Below the pieces are notes generated by a model. The model saw only the letters and a program-made list of their open reading frames with translations, searched no databases and was not told where the DNA came from. Of a stretch of DNA of 64,000 bases, positions 45,830 through 58,100 are shown piece after piece (the first letter of the stretch is position 1; each line of letters begins with the position of its first letter). This stretch comes from Fistulifera solaris. Taxonomy: Eukaryota. The position numbers were made by a program, and so were the translations under genes. The stretch spans positions 1,984,001 through 2,048,000 of the forward strand of contig AP026162.1 in NCBI GenBank assembly GCA_030295235.1, written 5' to 3'.

Positions 45830-46518
45830 ATGATCGTCGCTTCACTATTCGTTCTATATTTATTCAACAATCTACTGACTGCGACTGCGTCCAGCCAACC
45901 CGTTGAACTCGGGACAACGCTGGTGGCTTTGCGATATCGTGACGGTGTCATTGTCGGCGCCGACAGCCGCACTTCGGTAGGTTCCTACGTCAGTCATCGT
46001 GCTGCCCAAAAGCTCGACACAATCGGTGATTACTGTATCATGGCGCGATCCGGAAGTGCCGCCGATACGCAAGCTTTGGCGGTTGCGGCGAATCAACATT
46101 TTCAGGCACGATCTTATGGGGTTGTCCACCCACCGTATCGCAGATTGCCCATTGGTTGCGACAAAAAACGTACGGGAAAGACAAATCGGTAAGCTTGATA
46201 TTAGCAGGCTACGATCCTATCGAAAAACGGAACTGTTTGTTTTCGATAGCACAAACCGGTGCTTTACTGGCACATACAGAGCCATTTGTTGCGGCCGGAT
46301 CTGGGTCGTCCCTCATCATGGGATTTTTGGATCACGCGTGTAGCAGGGAACTGGACGAAAGTGAAGCCATAAAATTATGCGTGACAGCGTTGAAATTAGC
46401 AATGGATAGAGACGGAAGTTCGGGCGGATTGTGTAGACTTGCAGTTATCACTTCAGAAGGGACCAGGCAGCTGACTTTTCTCCCAGATGATATCGAAACT
46501 ACATTGAAGATTCGGTAG
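45830..46518 (+). CDS. 20S proteasome beta-1-like subunit with a hydrophobic N-terminal leader
   Basis: LG|TTLVALRYRDGVIVGADSRTSVGSYV, RSGSAADTQ, GSGS and AMDRDGSSGG motifs. One frameshift at ~46105-46150. Confidence 0.88.
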
Positions 46519-46588
46519 AGCAATGCAATCGCAGTCTAACTGGCGACGATTGTCATAAAGTTTTTTTTATTTTACATACACTGACGTT

Positions 46589-49500
46589 TCACCTACAAGG
46601 CGCTGCTATAAATTCACGCGAAAGGGACGGGAAAACACGGAATCGTCCTCGTCCTCTCCGTCGCTTCCCCCTGTCACGATCTTCTGAATTGCTCCGTTCA
46701 TCTTCGATAAAAAGGATTTCGGATTCTTCTTCATCATCATCGTCATTTAAATAATACCCACCGGCAGGTACCGAATATTCGTACACGGACGATATTGCAG
46801 ATTTTGTGCCTGAAAACAGTTGACCAGATGATCTTGATTTCTTCGAGGAACCTTTCGACGACACTGAATACGACTGAAGTGACGCAGACATGGAATCAAC
46901 TTGACTCGCTATCATTCTAGAGATCTCGTCACTGCGCTTGGCTCGAATGTAATAAACACCCAACATGGACAGTGCTGTGATTATGGACACGACCAGCATA
47001 GCCACGACGAGACTATTGTTCGATGTTTCCTTTTTGATTTGTCATGTACCAACATATCTCCTCCCGCCATTCTACCAGTAGGCAAACTTCCGGAGTCAAG
47101 ATCCTCTTCTAGTGTTGTTGAGACGGTCGTTGAAAAAATATTGTCTTCACCGAGCGCCTGTAACAATATGACGGCATCCTCATTCGCAGGAGGATTCATC
47201 GCAGTGAAGAAAATGGAAAACAAAGCCTCCAGCGGAACGAGCTCTTTTCCTTCTCCAAGTTGGATGTCGAGGTCAAGAACGACTCTAGCTTCTCCATTTG
47301 ATGCATCGGAAAATGTCGCGACTGTACCACAATCCAGAGATATGAACTCTACTTCGAGATTCTGAGCAAAAAGTCCCTGAAAAATGTTCGAAGGTGCTCA
47401 CACGTTTCTATGATCGCTTCCGCCCACTCTTCTTGATCTATCGTATCATCTGGTGCTTCATCGAAAAAGTATACAACTGTCCCTCTTACGATTCCTGGAC
47501 CAACAGGAGGGAGAAGGATATCATCATCAGTTTGCGACTCATCGGTGGGCGACTCCACAGTGGTGGGCTGTCCTGTTGCCGAAGGCGGCAAAGCGACCGG
47601 CAAGGAAGAGACGATTGCCAGTGATGGCGCTGCAGATTGTGGTGCTGGTTCATTCGATCCAGTTTCTTCTATTGAGGTCGGTGCCGGTGATGATGACTCA
47701 CTGCCTGGTGCCTCCGAGGCTGGCGAGTCTGCTGGAGCTGGTGTCGCTGGCTCGGCACCTGGTTCCGCTGTGGCTGGTGAGTCTGCAGGAGCTGATGTCG
47801 CTGGCTCAGCACCAGGTTCCGCCGTGGCTGGTGAATCAGCTGGAGCTGGTGTAGCTGGCTCTCCGCCGTCCACTGGAGCTGGTGAAGCTGGTTCACCACC
47901 GTCCACTGGAGCCGGCGAAGCCGTTTCAGAACCGGGCTCTTCTGATGAGGGTGACTCTGCGGGAGCCCTTGAGCTTGGTAATATATCTACTGACGGGATC
48001 ATCGGAATTGGTTTTGCGGACGCCGACGCAATCGAAGGCATTGCCGTGATGGTCGGTCTCACAGTCCCTGCTGATGCCGGGGCATTACTTCCGTCTGTTA
48101 CACCAGAAGGTGGAGACGTGACGGTCGGTACCAAAGTACTTGTTGAAACAGGGCCACCACTTCCTACAGACGTGTTCGAAGGCGATGCCGTGACAGTTGG
48201 AACCTGCATCTCTGTTGGCGCCGGAGCGGTACTTCCCCCCGAAGCACTCGTAGGCGATGCAGTAACGGTCGGAGCGGAGGTTCTTGTTGCATCAGGAGCA
48301 GTACTACCTCCCGACGCACCCGAAGGCGATGCTGTGACCGACGGTTCCAAATTGCCTGTTGGCACAGGGGCGAAGCTTCCCCCCGAAGGACCAGCAGGCG
48401 ACGCCGTCAGAGTCGGTGCCAATGTATTAGTCGAAGCAGGGGGATCACTGCCCTCCGAAGCACCTGAAGGTGATGCCGTGATAGTCGGTTCCAGATTTCC
48501 TGTTGGCACCGGAGCGGAGCTTCCTCCTGAAGGACCCGCCGGTGACGCCGTGAGAGCCGGTGCCAGGGTCGTCGCTGAAGCAGGAAAAGTAGTTTCCCCG
48601 ACGCCACCGAAGGTGATGACGTGACAGTCGGCTCTAAAGTACCTGTTGGTACCGGAGCAGAACTTTCTCCCGGAGCACCCGCCGGCGACGCCGTCAGAGT
48701 AGGTGCCAAGGTGGTAGCTGAAGCAGGCGAACTAGTTCCTCCCGACACATTAGACGGTGATGTTGTGACAGTGGGCTCTAAATTTCCTGTTGGTGCTGGT
48801 GCAATAGGTCCCTCCGATCCACCGGCGGGTGATGCCGTCAGAGTTGGTGCCGAAGTCCTCGTCGATGCTGGACCGACACTCCCTCCCGATACAATCGAAG
48901 GCGGTGAAGTAATAGTCGGCACTAATGTGTCTGTAGAAGCCGGGGCAGTGGTTCCCGATGAACTCATTGACGTCGGCGCAGCACTAGTCGTAGGCGAGGC
49001 AGTTATGGTCGGCATTATGGTTTCATCCAAAGCAGTAGGAGACGAAGTCGTATCACGCGAAAGTGTGGGCGCAATAGTCTGTAAACCAACAGGCGAAGTA
49101 GCAGGCTGTGCAGGTACAGGTGCAGAGACTGGAGACGGCGCATTTGGTGTTACCACGGGTTGCGAAGGTACCGGAGCAGTAACCGGTGAAGTCGGCCCGA
49201 CGGGCATAGGTGGCATAGTGATTTTATCTTTGCTACTTTTCGATCCTTTGCCACTTTTCTTTGATTTCTTATAGGAAGCCTTTCCTTTCCCCTTCTTCGC
49301 TTTTGATTCTCCTTTCCCTGTCGACGATCCTTTCCCTTTTCCCGATCCTTTTCCTGTCGATGTTTCTGTTCCTTTTCCCGATCCTTTCCCTGTCGACGAT
49401 CCTTTTCCTTTCCCCGACCCTTTTCCTTTTTTCGATCCTTTTCCTTTCCCTGATCCATTTTCTTCTGATGTGATGAAATGATTATTTATGTCAATAATAT

Positions 49501-49810
49501 TTTCAAATGCGACATGAATTAAACCATGCAGTTTCCCCTTACCTTCTTCTTCTCCGATCACCCAAGTATTCGGAACCTTAAATGGTGATAGTGCATCTCG
49601 TTGTGCAGTCTCCTCAGTGAGCGTAAAATCGGATCCTGTTTCGGATGGATTGTTGATGGACATGATACTAATGGGTTCGACTGACAGTACATGCCTTCTG
49701 TCGTATCGTCCCAACTGTCTACGTCGTGTGGCTCCATCCGCCCCACCAAACAACAGGGACGTGAGACCAAGCACTAATATTCTTTCTCGCAGAAACATAT
49801 TTCGTTTCAT
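46589..49810 (-). CDS. Large mucin-like cell-surface protein: signal peptide, RRQL, Lys/Gly/Ser repeat, PT/PS repeats, C-terminal TM
   Basis: Overlapping same-strand ORFs 48407-49843, 47349-48509, 46981-47223 and 46589-47005. Contains (GKGSGKGKGSST)n, repeats such as TLAPTLTASPAG, and TM LVVSIITALSMLGVYYI. Frameshifts link the ORFs. Confidence 0.75.
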
Positions 49811-50213
49811 GTTAACTGTTATGAACAGTTCTTGTCGCAGCAATTGTTCATTTCGAAAATGGGGTTTGGTGGCAAAAAGTGAACCGTTGGATGCACAATT
49901 TCTGAGCGCACCTCAAGAGGAGAAAACAGTTATTTGACGTTATAACCAACTTTAAGTATGATAGTACACGAAAGTTATCCTATAGGGAATGACGCAACGC
50001 AACGGTAATAATCCGTTGCCTGTCTGTGGCCCGTTTCTCACCGCCGCACCGATCGATCCGCATCAACATCGCAAACATCAAACGACGAGACGACGAGACA
50101 CCATGGCCAAAATAACAATACCAGGTAACAATACCAAATACGAATCGATAGGTAAAAGGTACTAGACTACAAAACCCGCCGTTCATTTCACTGGTGTCAC
50201 AGCTTCGCGAAGA

Positions 50214-52029
50214 ATGATGTTTTCTAGCCCCAGAAGGCGTAGCATTTTTCGCCTACTCATTTCAATAGTCGCTATCGATGTAACGATATGTCGCCTGATC
50301 GACTTGAGCTTTCGACATAACATTGGGGCTGACATTTTGCTACGGGCTATTCCCAATGATGAAGAGGTAACCGTTGATGTGAGCAGTTCGGCTCTCAGAG
50401 ATGAAAGCGTACTGAAAATAGTGGAAAAATTACTATTGTCATCCTCCAACGCGGCTAACAATTCGCTGATTGCTCAATCCAACCAACTGTCTACAAAAAG
50501 GAGCCATACAAGTACTTCAATGTCTTCTAAAGACACAAAATACAACGAATCTCCGTTGTTTGGATTTGAGCTGGAACCACTTGGATTCCGAGGAAAGCGG
50601 TGCGCATACCCGCGAGAAGTTGTACGATACGTTCGAACAGTTGCTGGGCAATGCTACGACATGCCCCGCCTCCTTGCGCCTGGATCGATGCGGACTCGGT
50701 CCGGCCGCGATGCGTGCCATAGGAATCGGTATCATTCATCGTTATACGCATAATGACCAGCAAGGTCACAAAAGGCCGTTGACACTGTCGCTCTGCGGAA
50801 ATCCGGTCGGCGATGCCGGGGCAGCCGCGTTGGCGGCGGCGGTTCGATTCGTGGCGACATCCGAAGATGCTGTAGAAAAGTTGCAGTGTCCTTTGTTTGA
50901 TGTATTGGATCTGTCGGCCTGTGGTATTGGAGACGCCGGAGCTGAAGCGATCGCATTAGCGCTCGAGAGTGCGGATTATTGCATGATCCAGCACTTGGAT
51001 CTGAGCAACAATGAACTCACCGAGCGCGGAGTAGAAGCAATTTGTCGGGGACTGGCGGCTGCGGGGAAGAGGAGAGACGGATTTAACCCACTCTTACTAT
51101 CGCTGGATTTAAGTAACAACAAAATAGGTGACGCTGGGGCCAAAGCCATCGGCGAGTGCCTCGTCGGGAGCGACATTGTCCCAACCATTATCCTTCGAAG
51201 CTGCAACATCCAAGCGGATGGAGCGTCGGCTCTCGGAGCAGCCCTTCGCACCTTTGCGTTATCGGCTTCATCGTCGGAACTTTCGCTGGACCTCAGTGGG
51301 AACCCCTTCGGAATTCTTCGCGGAAAGACAAAGCAGGGAGGAGGAAAATACTCAGTCGGTCACTTGAAGAGCAAAGCTAGTGCTACTGCGGCATCATATA
51401 TGAATCAAGGCTTTAGTTTTATAAAAAAAGGTCTCAAGGATGTCGGAGTCGAAATCATTCCATCGTCCGGGGAAAGCGACGATGAAGAAGAAGAGCTGGG
51501 TCGTGCTGAATCGACTTTGCTCGATGGTGATATCGACCCGTCACGTGCAAAGTGCGGAGGCAAAGCGCTTTCTACTGCCTTTACAAGCTCGGCTTCTAGC
51601 GATAAGAGGACTAGGGACGTTGTGAGCATGTCGTCAGCTGGTCGATCAATCCGATTAGGACTGCGGCATTGTTTTTTTGATCATGCGGCAGCCGATGCAT
51701 TAGCTGATATGATACTGACGGGGAAAGATGAGTTTGGAGTTACTTTTGAGCTTGATATTGACATGAATGACGTTCTCGAAGAGCAGATGGTGTCAGCTCT
51801 GCATGGAGATGATGACGATTACCTTCGCGAAATGGCGGAGTCCCACGCAGATAAGATGTCTTATATCAAAGAAGCACAGAAGCGCGCTCGGGCAGCTACA
51901 CAAAACGATTTGGACTCTGGATTCAATGATCCATGGGCCGATTCAGCGGTGTACGGCGAAGTCGACGAAGAACCGGATGAGCAAGAATGGGATTCGGATG
52001 CCGACTATGAAAACGAAGACGAGATATAG
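50214..52029 (+). CDS. Leucine-rich repeat protein (RNI-like)
   Basis: Repeated LDLSxNxxGDAGAxAL motifs, with one extra A in the run at 50495-50499. Confidence 0.88.
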
Positions 52030-52171
52030 ATCATAGGAGCGTTTAGCTCAACATCACCCCTTGATGCGTCCAATACAAATTATGGGGGAAATAAGTTCTA
52101 ACATAATAATATAGAATGTTTTACCATAAAAATATACAGTCCTGCAGCTTTATCGTTCTTCGACAAGCCAA

Positions 52172-53923
52172 TTATTCCTGTGACTCCACAAATTCACAAT
52201 ACATCCACGCCAAATGGCCCCAGTGACGCGGATCGGTTAGCGTGGCAGGAACAGGGAGACGAAACACGGGGAACAACGAGTGGTTTGCGGGCCATTGTTC
52301 TGAGGTTTCATCCTTGGTTTCGAACGGGAAAACTCTATCCGAGTCAAGGTTTAAAACCTTGCTTGGATCACGTGCCGGTCCTTGGCTGAAGTATTGGTCA
52401 AGATCCAACCCACAATAAGAGGTCACAACAACAATCGTATTCGCATAGTTTTCTACCAATGCCTTCTCTCGCCCGAAGGAGTTACAAAAAGTTTTACTGT
52501 ACGACATAAGCAAGAACGAGCTACAAAGCATTTTCCAGTCATAGGGTGTCAAGTCTTCCCAATTCGGCGGTGACATGTCAGAAAAATCCACTCCCGCATC
52601 CATATCTTCGCTCCTTGGCGCATGCTCGAAAATGTAAAGCAAAGGGTAGCGAACTAGCTTGCGCATGCGCGCGAGCGCTTTTTCCTGATCCTCTTGTAAA
52701 TTTGCCTTTTGAGCCACGGCACAGAAGATTTTTAGCTCGTTCATGGCTTCCGCTAGGACGCTCACAGAAGTAGGACAGTTGCTCGAGTTTCTCGTAATTG
52801 GACCAAAAGTTATCACAAAATCTAGCCGATGCCATCCCCAGAATCTCCGAGTTTTCATAGATGGACGTGAACTGGTTCGCCAAGCCTCGTTGGGGCGATA
52901 GATGCTTGAGCGCCACAGAGAGTTGATCCTTGATAGTCGCCATCTGGTCTTGTTCGTTCCCAATCGCGTACCTTAAAGCACCTAGAAACTTGTCAAAGTT
53001 GGTCGCCTCGAGCCGCTCTTTGTACTGCGCATCCTCACTGACTACACGGTGTACCGCTTCGTAGCGCTCATCCTGGTTGAGCGTCTTCAACTTGAATTTA
53101 CCCACTTCTTCGCGCCCAATCATTTCAATAAGATCCTTATCAAACTTCTTGAATTGATCGAGGTTCATGAGAGAAGCCGTCCGGTAAAAGTATGCATGCA
53201 TAGCTGAAGTCGGAATCAAAACAGGAGGAAACTTCCCGCTGCTGCGGCTTCTCTTGGTAGGAGACGGTTGCAGCATTTCTTCCAGTACTCTCAAGTTGTT
53301 TCGGAGGGAGAACAAGCGCCCCAACTCTTTGCGGGATTCTTCCACCAATACTGACTGTTCACTATCGTCCGGATCGTCCACTTTATTAAGAAGAATGATG
53401 AGAGGAATTTCCCTGCGTTCTCTTGATTCTCCTTGACAAACTGCAGCATCTTGATTTGTTCCTCCGTGTTGACGCCTTGTTTTCCATCCATTACCAAGAC
53501 CACGACGTCAAAGGTATGCCACTTTTGTGCGACAAAGTTTCGGTATTTACTACCTGCACCGGCTTCATTGATTCCCGGAATATCAACCATTACGAGATTG
53601 GCATCGTCTCGCATTGTACACAAGGGTTCGTCGAGTTCAATCTCAAAGACTTTTTCGTGAATTTCGTTCGAGTTGCGAAAGTTCTGATTGTCGGCCGTAA
53701 TCTCCGTGAGCACCGTATCGGCTGATTGTGTGCCTCGAGTCAGTAAAACGCTGTTTTCGTCGTTCGCTGCGTCTTGATTTGGAAGGAGACGAAAGTAGTT
53801 GATACCAGCGGTCGTTCGTTTCATGGATACTTCGCCGTACTTGTCGCGAAACAAAGCATTCAACACTGTTGTCTTCCCGACGGAGACATGCCCTACAATG
53901 GCGATATTGATATCCGTCATCAT
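52172..53923 (-). CDS. Dynamin-like P-loop GTPase (Dynamin_N/Era-like), no intron evident
   Basis: G1 GHVSVGKTT, G2 RTT, G3 DIPG and G4 NKVD (after a frameshift at ~53415), followed by a helical C-terminal region. A second frameshift lies at ~52775. Confidence 0.82.
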
Positions 53924-55160
53924 TGTGAGTATTTAGTTCTTATTATTTGATGATGTGATAGACACTTTAGCCTCAAAAGCGCAACAGATGCGGTGCTGTC
54001 GATAAAACGCAAAAAGATCGCGTCAATCCTCCCTTTTTCTCGTCTTTCCCAGCGCCATAGTAAAAATCGAGCTTTCAAAAGATACTTAAAGAGGTATGTA
54101 CCGAACATAGCCAGTCCGATATTTTATCAATTTTTACTATGTGGGTAACGGAACATGGAAGATGAGCACTCATTTTTTCGTTTTTATCCGTCGTCTATCG
54201 ACCATGGCATTGTTATCCATCACAAAAAAGGTCTGCCTATTACTATGTCATTGTCCAAGGTACGTTGATACTTGGAAAGTGAATAAATTAAGCCGCGGAC
54301 CGCTTACTCATCGATTGATTGCACAAAATTCACAACAATCATCTGGCCAAACGAAGAACGCGAACGGACTAGTTAGGAACATGTTACCGGTACTTTGCTG
54401 ACAGGCTTTTCCGATGCCGAAAGATGATGAATATGTCCTTTGGCACGATCATTCCACCTCCTTGTGAGCTGTTTCAACTTGATGAATATATGATATGTTA
54501 GTCGGAAAGATGATGACATACACATCGAAAACATCTGCAAATCCATTTGGAAGAAAAATGGAAATGAAGACGTTCTGTTTCATAAATTTCACCGTCTCGC
54601 AGCTGTAGTGCAACTATCATTGTCTTTGAATGAAAGGTCTTCACGAACCAAACGGTAAAAGAGATCTGGGTTGACTCGTGCGACACGCATCGCACTTCTT
54701 AGATTGTCGTCCATTAATTCGAAAGTGTTCTTACTTTGTTTGCTTTTCAAAGCCTGCTGAATAGGAACTGGAATCATTGCAAAAGACAACAACTGCCATG
54801 GCCCTTATGATAATAATTATTCGCTAGGTATAGCTCGTATATAATTCAGTTGGTCATACTCCTTAATATCATAAAGAAGTTTGTCGGGCTATCCTCTGGA
54901 ATTTCTCAGAATTTTCGGTCTTGACATTGGCTCTATACCTACATCTACTCTTAGCGGCTTTCTTCAGCTATCTTTGTTATTAGTATCATTTTATCTCGGC
55001 CTAAGGCCTCACTCAAACACTCTGTGCTTTTTAAAGATAGCTCTCGTTGCTTCACAGCGACAAACACTCAAAACACCCATGTCACTGACAGAAGGGTGCT
55101 GATTTCATTGTCAAGTTCCGTGTCAGTTGACCCGGTCATTGCAAACAGTTAGTTGTGCTT

Positions 55161-58100
55161 TCAAGACTTTGCACGAGAGGAGCCACGTGGAGGAGCTTTT
55201 GCTGGGATAGGTGCACACTTACGGTCGTCTGAGTAGTCGCTGTTCTCGAGATGAAGAGGATCTAACTCTTGTTCGGTTGCTCGTTCGTCCTCGGCTTCAT
55301 AAGTGACAGTATTATTTAAAACTTCATCCACTGCAGTAGAAGGGGGAGGCGTAGGGAGCAGCCTTTCGCTGCAACGGATCTGCATCGTCTAGCTGCGATG
55401 TCGGAAGAGGAAGAAGCTTGCCATCCTGGATCATGCCTTGAACTACCTCCAGCTCAAACTCCGAGTCCGTTCGAGAATCCTTTAAGGATCTGTACTTGTC
55501 TTTCAGGAGTTGATATCTGTCGATTATATTCTTTGCTTGTGCTAGCGCAACTGATTTCCGAAGATAGTCTTCTCGGTGGTGCTCTACATCAGGTAACATT
55601 GCACATTCCTCTGCTGTATAACGTCCTTTAAACCCCGTCACCTTCAACTTGGCACAGAGCAGGTTCAACCTTTTACGCTGACACATAAACAGAAGTTTTT
55701 CTTTCTCTACTCCCCCCTTCTTCTTGGACGTCACTGGCTTGGATTGTTTTGCTAACGTAGCAGGAGGTCTGCCCTGAACTACTTCCGTTTCCAGTTCCTT
55801 TCGAGCAACTTCCTGAGCTTCCCCCTTCAGTTCATGTAGAATGCTAAACTTTGCTTCGAGACACTGAAACTTTTTAATGACATCCTCGACTTCTGCGGGG
55901 ACGCTTTTCGGCGCAGATAGTCTTCTCCATGGTGCACCAAACCAGGTAATAATGCACATTCCTCTTCTGTATAGCTTCCTTTGAAACGCTCCCGACCCAG
56001 TTTGTCACAAAGCTTGTTCAGCCGCTTACAGCTGACCAACAAGCGAATTTTGTTCAACTTTTTCTTTAGCTTGAGTTCCATCCTTGCGGTACTTGTCTGT
56101 GCTACGTTTATTATTCGCACTTTCCAGGGAAGAGAGCGACGGCTAGATTTTCAAAAGAATTGTTTGTCCGGTCTCGGTCGATGTGATCCACAATCTCACA
56201 GTCCGTCAACAATTCGCCGGTATAAGCCTCAACTGCCACTCGATAAAAGATGTATATTTTTCCACCAATCGTCACGGTCACTTTGACAACCGGGACGTGT
56301 GACTTGTGCTTCTTCTTGTAAGTTACGATTGTAATATCGTGAGAAACATTTGGTACGCTTATCACAGACAAGGGTTCCTTTGGCGTTGAACATAATCGGG
56401 AGATCTGGATCGGGATAGTCAAACCAGATTTCGTCAGGGTCACATTCAGATAAAGTCTTGTACTTGCTTTTCAAAATTACCGTGGACTCTCGGCGGCCAA
56501 GATCATTTCTGAAAATTGAAAAGAAGTTGTTTGAGTTAATCATCAACCGTTGTAAGAACTAAAGTATTTGTTTACTCACCCCGGTACGCAATTCTTCAAC
56601 TGCAAGTTTTCGCTCTGTGTCAGCCATTCCAGGTCGTCCACGTTATTGTCCCACTGCATAGATTTGTGGTGGATGACATGGGTCAAACTAGGCCGAGGAC
56701 CAATAAAAATGGCTGCAAGTGCCCCCCGAGGGAAAAGCTTGACTCTCGTCCCACTACAGTCTTCGCCGACAAAGTTGATCTGCCGATAGCCTTGTGCATC
56801 AGGGGTAGATATCATAAGCTTGAAGCTTACCACGCAATATCGTTTTACTCTTCGTGAGTTTCGATGAATTCGACGACCGATTATAATACCAATTCTACGG
56901 GTCGCGTGAACCGCGCGATTTCATCTTTCGATTTCTACGTACACGTAGAATCTACAGAACTCTGGTACAAAAAACATCGGTCGGCATTTTTACATCACGT
57001 CGTATCACGTCGTGGTGGCCCATTTTGTTGATAATAACGAAACCGTTTATGTAATCGAATAAATAAACAATTCAGTATGACTAAACTTAATAATGCTGAG
57101 AACGGGGGGTAAGCCGCAGCGCGCTTTTGTCCATGGTTCGGGCGCATTTTGTCATTTTGCTCACGACTGTGCGACGCCTCATTTTCACAGAAAACTCGAA
57201 ATGTCGAGCATTTAGCTCTAAATCGAAGCACTTTTACCACAGGTAGCATAATAAATGTAAGGTTTGTTACATGGGGCATCGAGCGGGCGTGGTACGCCTG
57301 GGATGGCGACATTATTCGCGAATATGGTGTTTTCTTGAGCCGGTCGTCGGTCGAATATGTCAATTATAATCATAATATGCCTTGATCGCCTCACCGCAAG
57401 CTCTTCTCAGTGCAATATGAGAGCTAACTATAGTAGGAACGGTATTTTATTTGGCGAAACAACAATCAACCCCAGTTTTATATCAATTATAAGGAAGGGG
57501 TCAAAACTTTCACTTCTGAAATCCGCTTGAATAAGTAGCGACACAGGATGGCCTAGGATGCTTCGAATTGCGGAGCATTTTCTCTTAATCGATATTGCTG
57601 ACTGTGTTTGAATTCGCATCTCAATGAGCATTTTTCAATGAGATTGAACGGCTGAACTTCCGTAGTTTGCTATGTTGGGTGGGGCGTTCAGTATCTTGTA
57701 TCGTCATCAAAGAACCATCAAACCCAATTTTAAGTGATATAATATTAAACTGCACATTAAAGTTATCACATAACTGTATTTTCGAAAGAGAACTGTGGCA
57801 AAAGAATTGACTTTGCGCTATTCATCGAATGGGACATGCCGAAAGTTGCTGGTAAACCAAAATGCGTATAACTGACAACTCAAGCGCTACCTCGATGCAC
57901 AAAGTCGCCGATCTTCTTCCCATCTTACTTGTCTTGTGTTGTGTATACTTTGTGCATCCAACCATCCATGAATAATAGAGATCTCACTACGGAATTCGGC
58001 CGACTTGCGATACAATGGGAAGATTTTCGTCTCCCGCTCGGACGCGAAAACTGCGCACTGTGTCGAAACGCTCGAAGAGAAAAAAATTTGCAAGATTCCA

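Noticed and set aside
47545..49274. Long plus-strand Gly/Ala/Val-rich ORFs
   Set aside because: Antisense shadows of the Pro/Thr/Ser-repeat gene on the minus strand, which has the signal peptide and TM helix.
27592..52029. Frameshifts in SPT5, MTR4, AP4B1, LRR and others read as programmed frameshifting or pseudogenisation
   Set aside because: Those I checked are +/-1 base in homopolymer runs (27856, 29729, 34458, 34647, 35807, 43070, 50495) within essential genes, which is typical of long-read consensus error. Short-read polishing would settle it.
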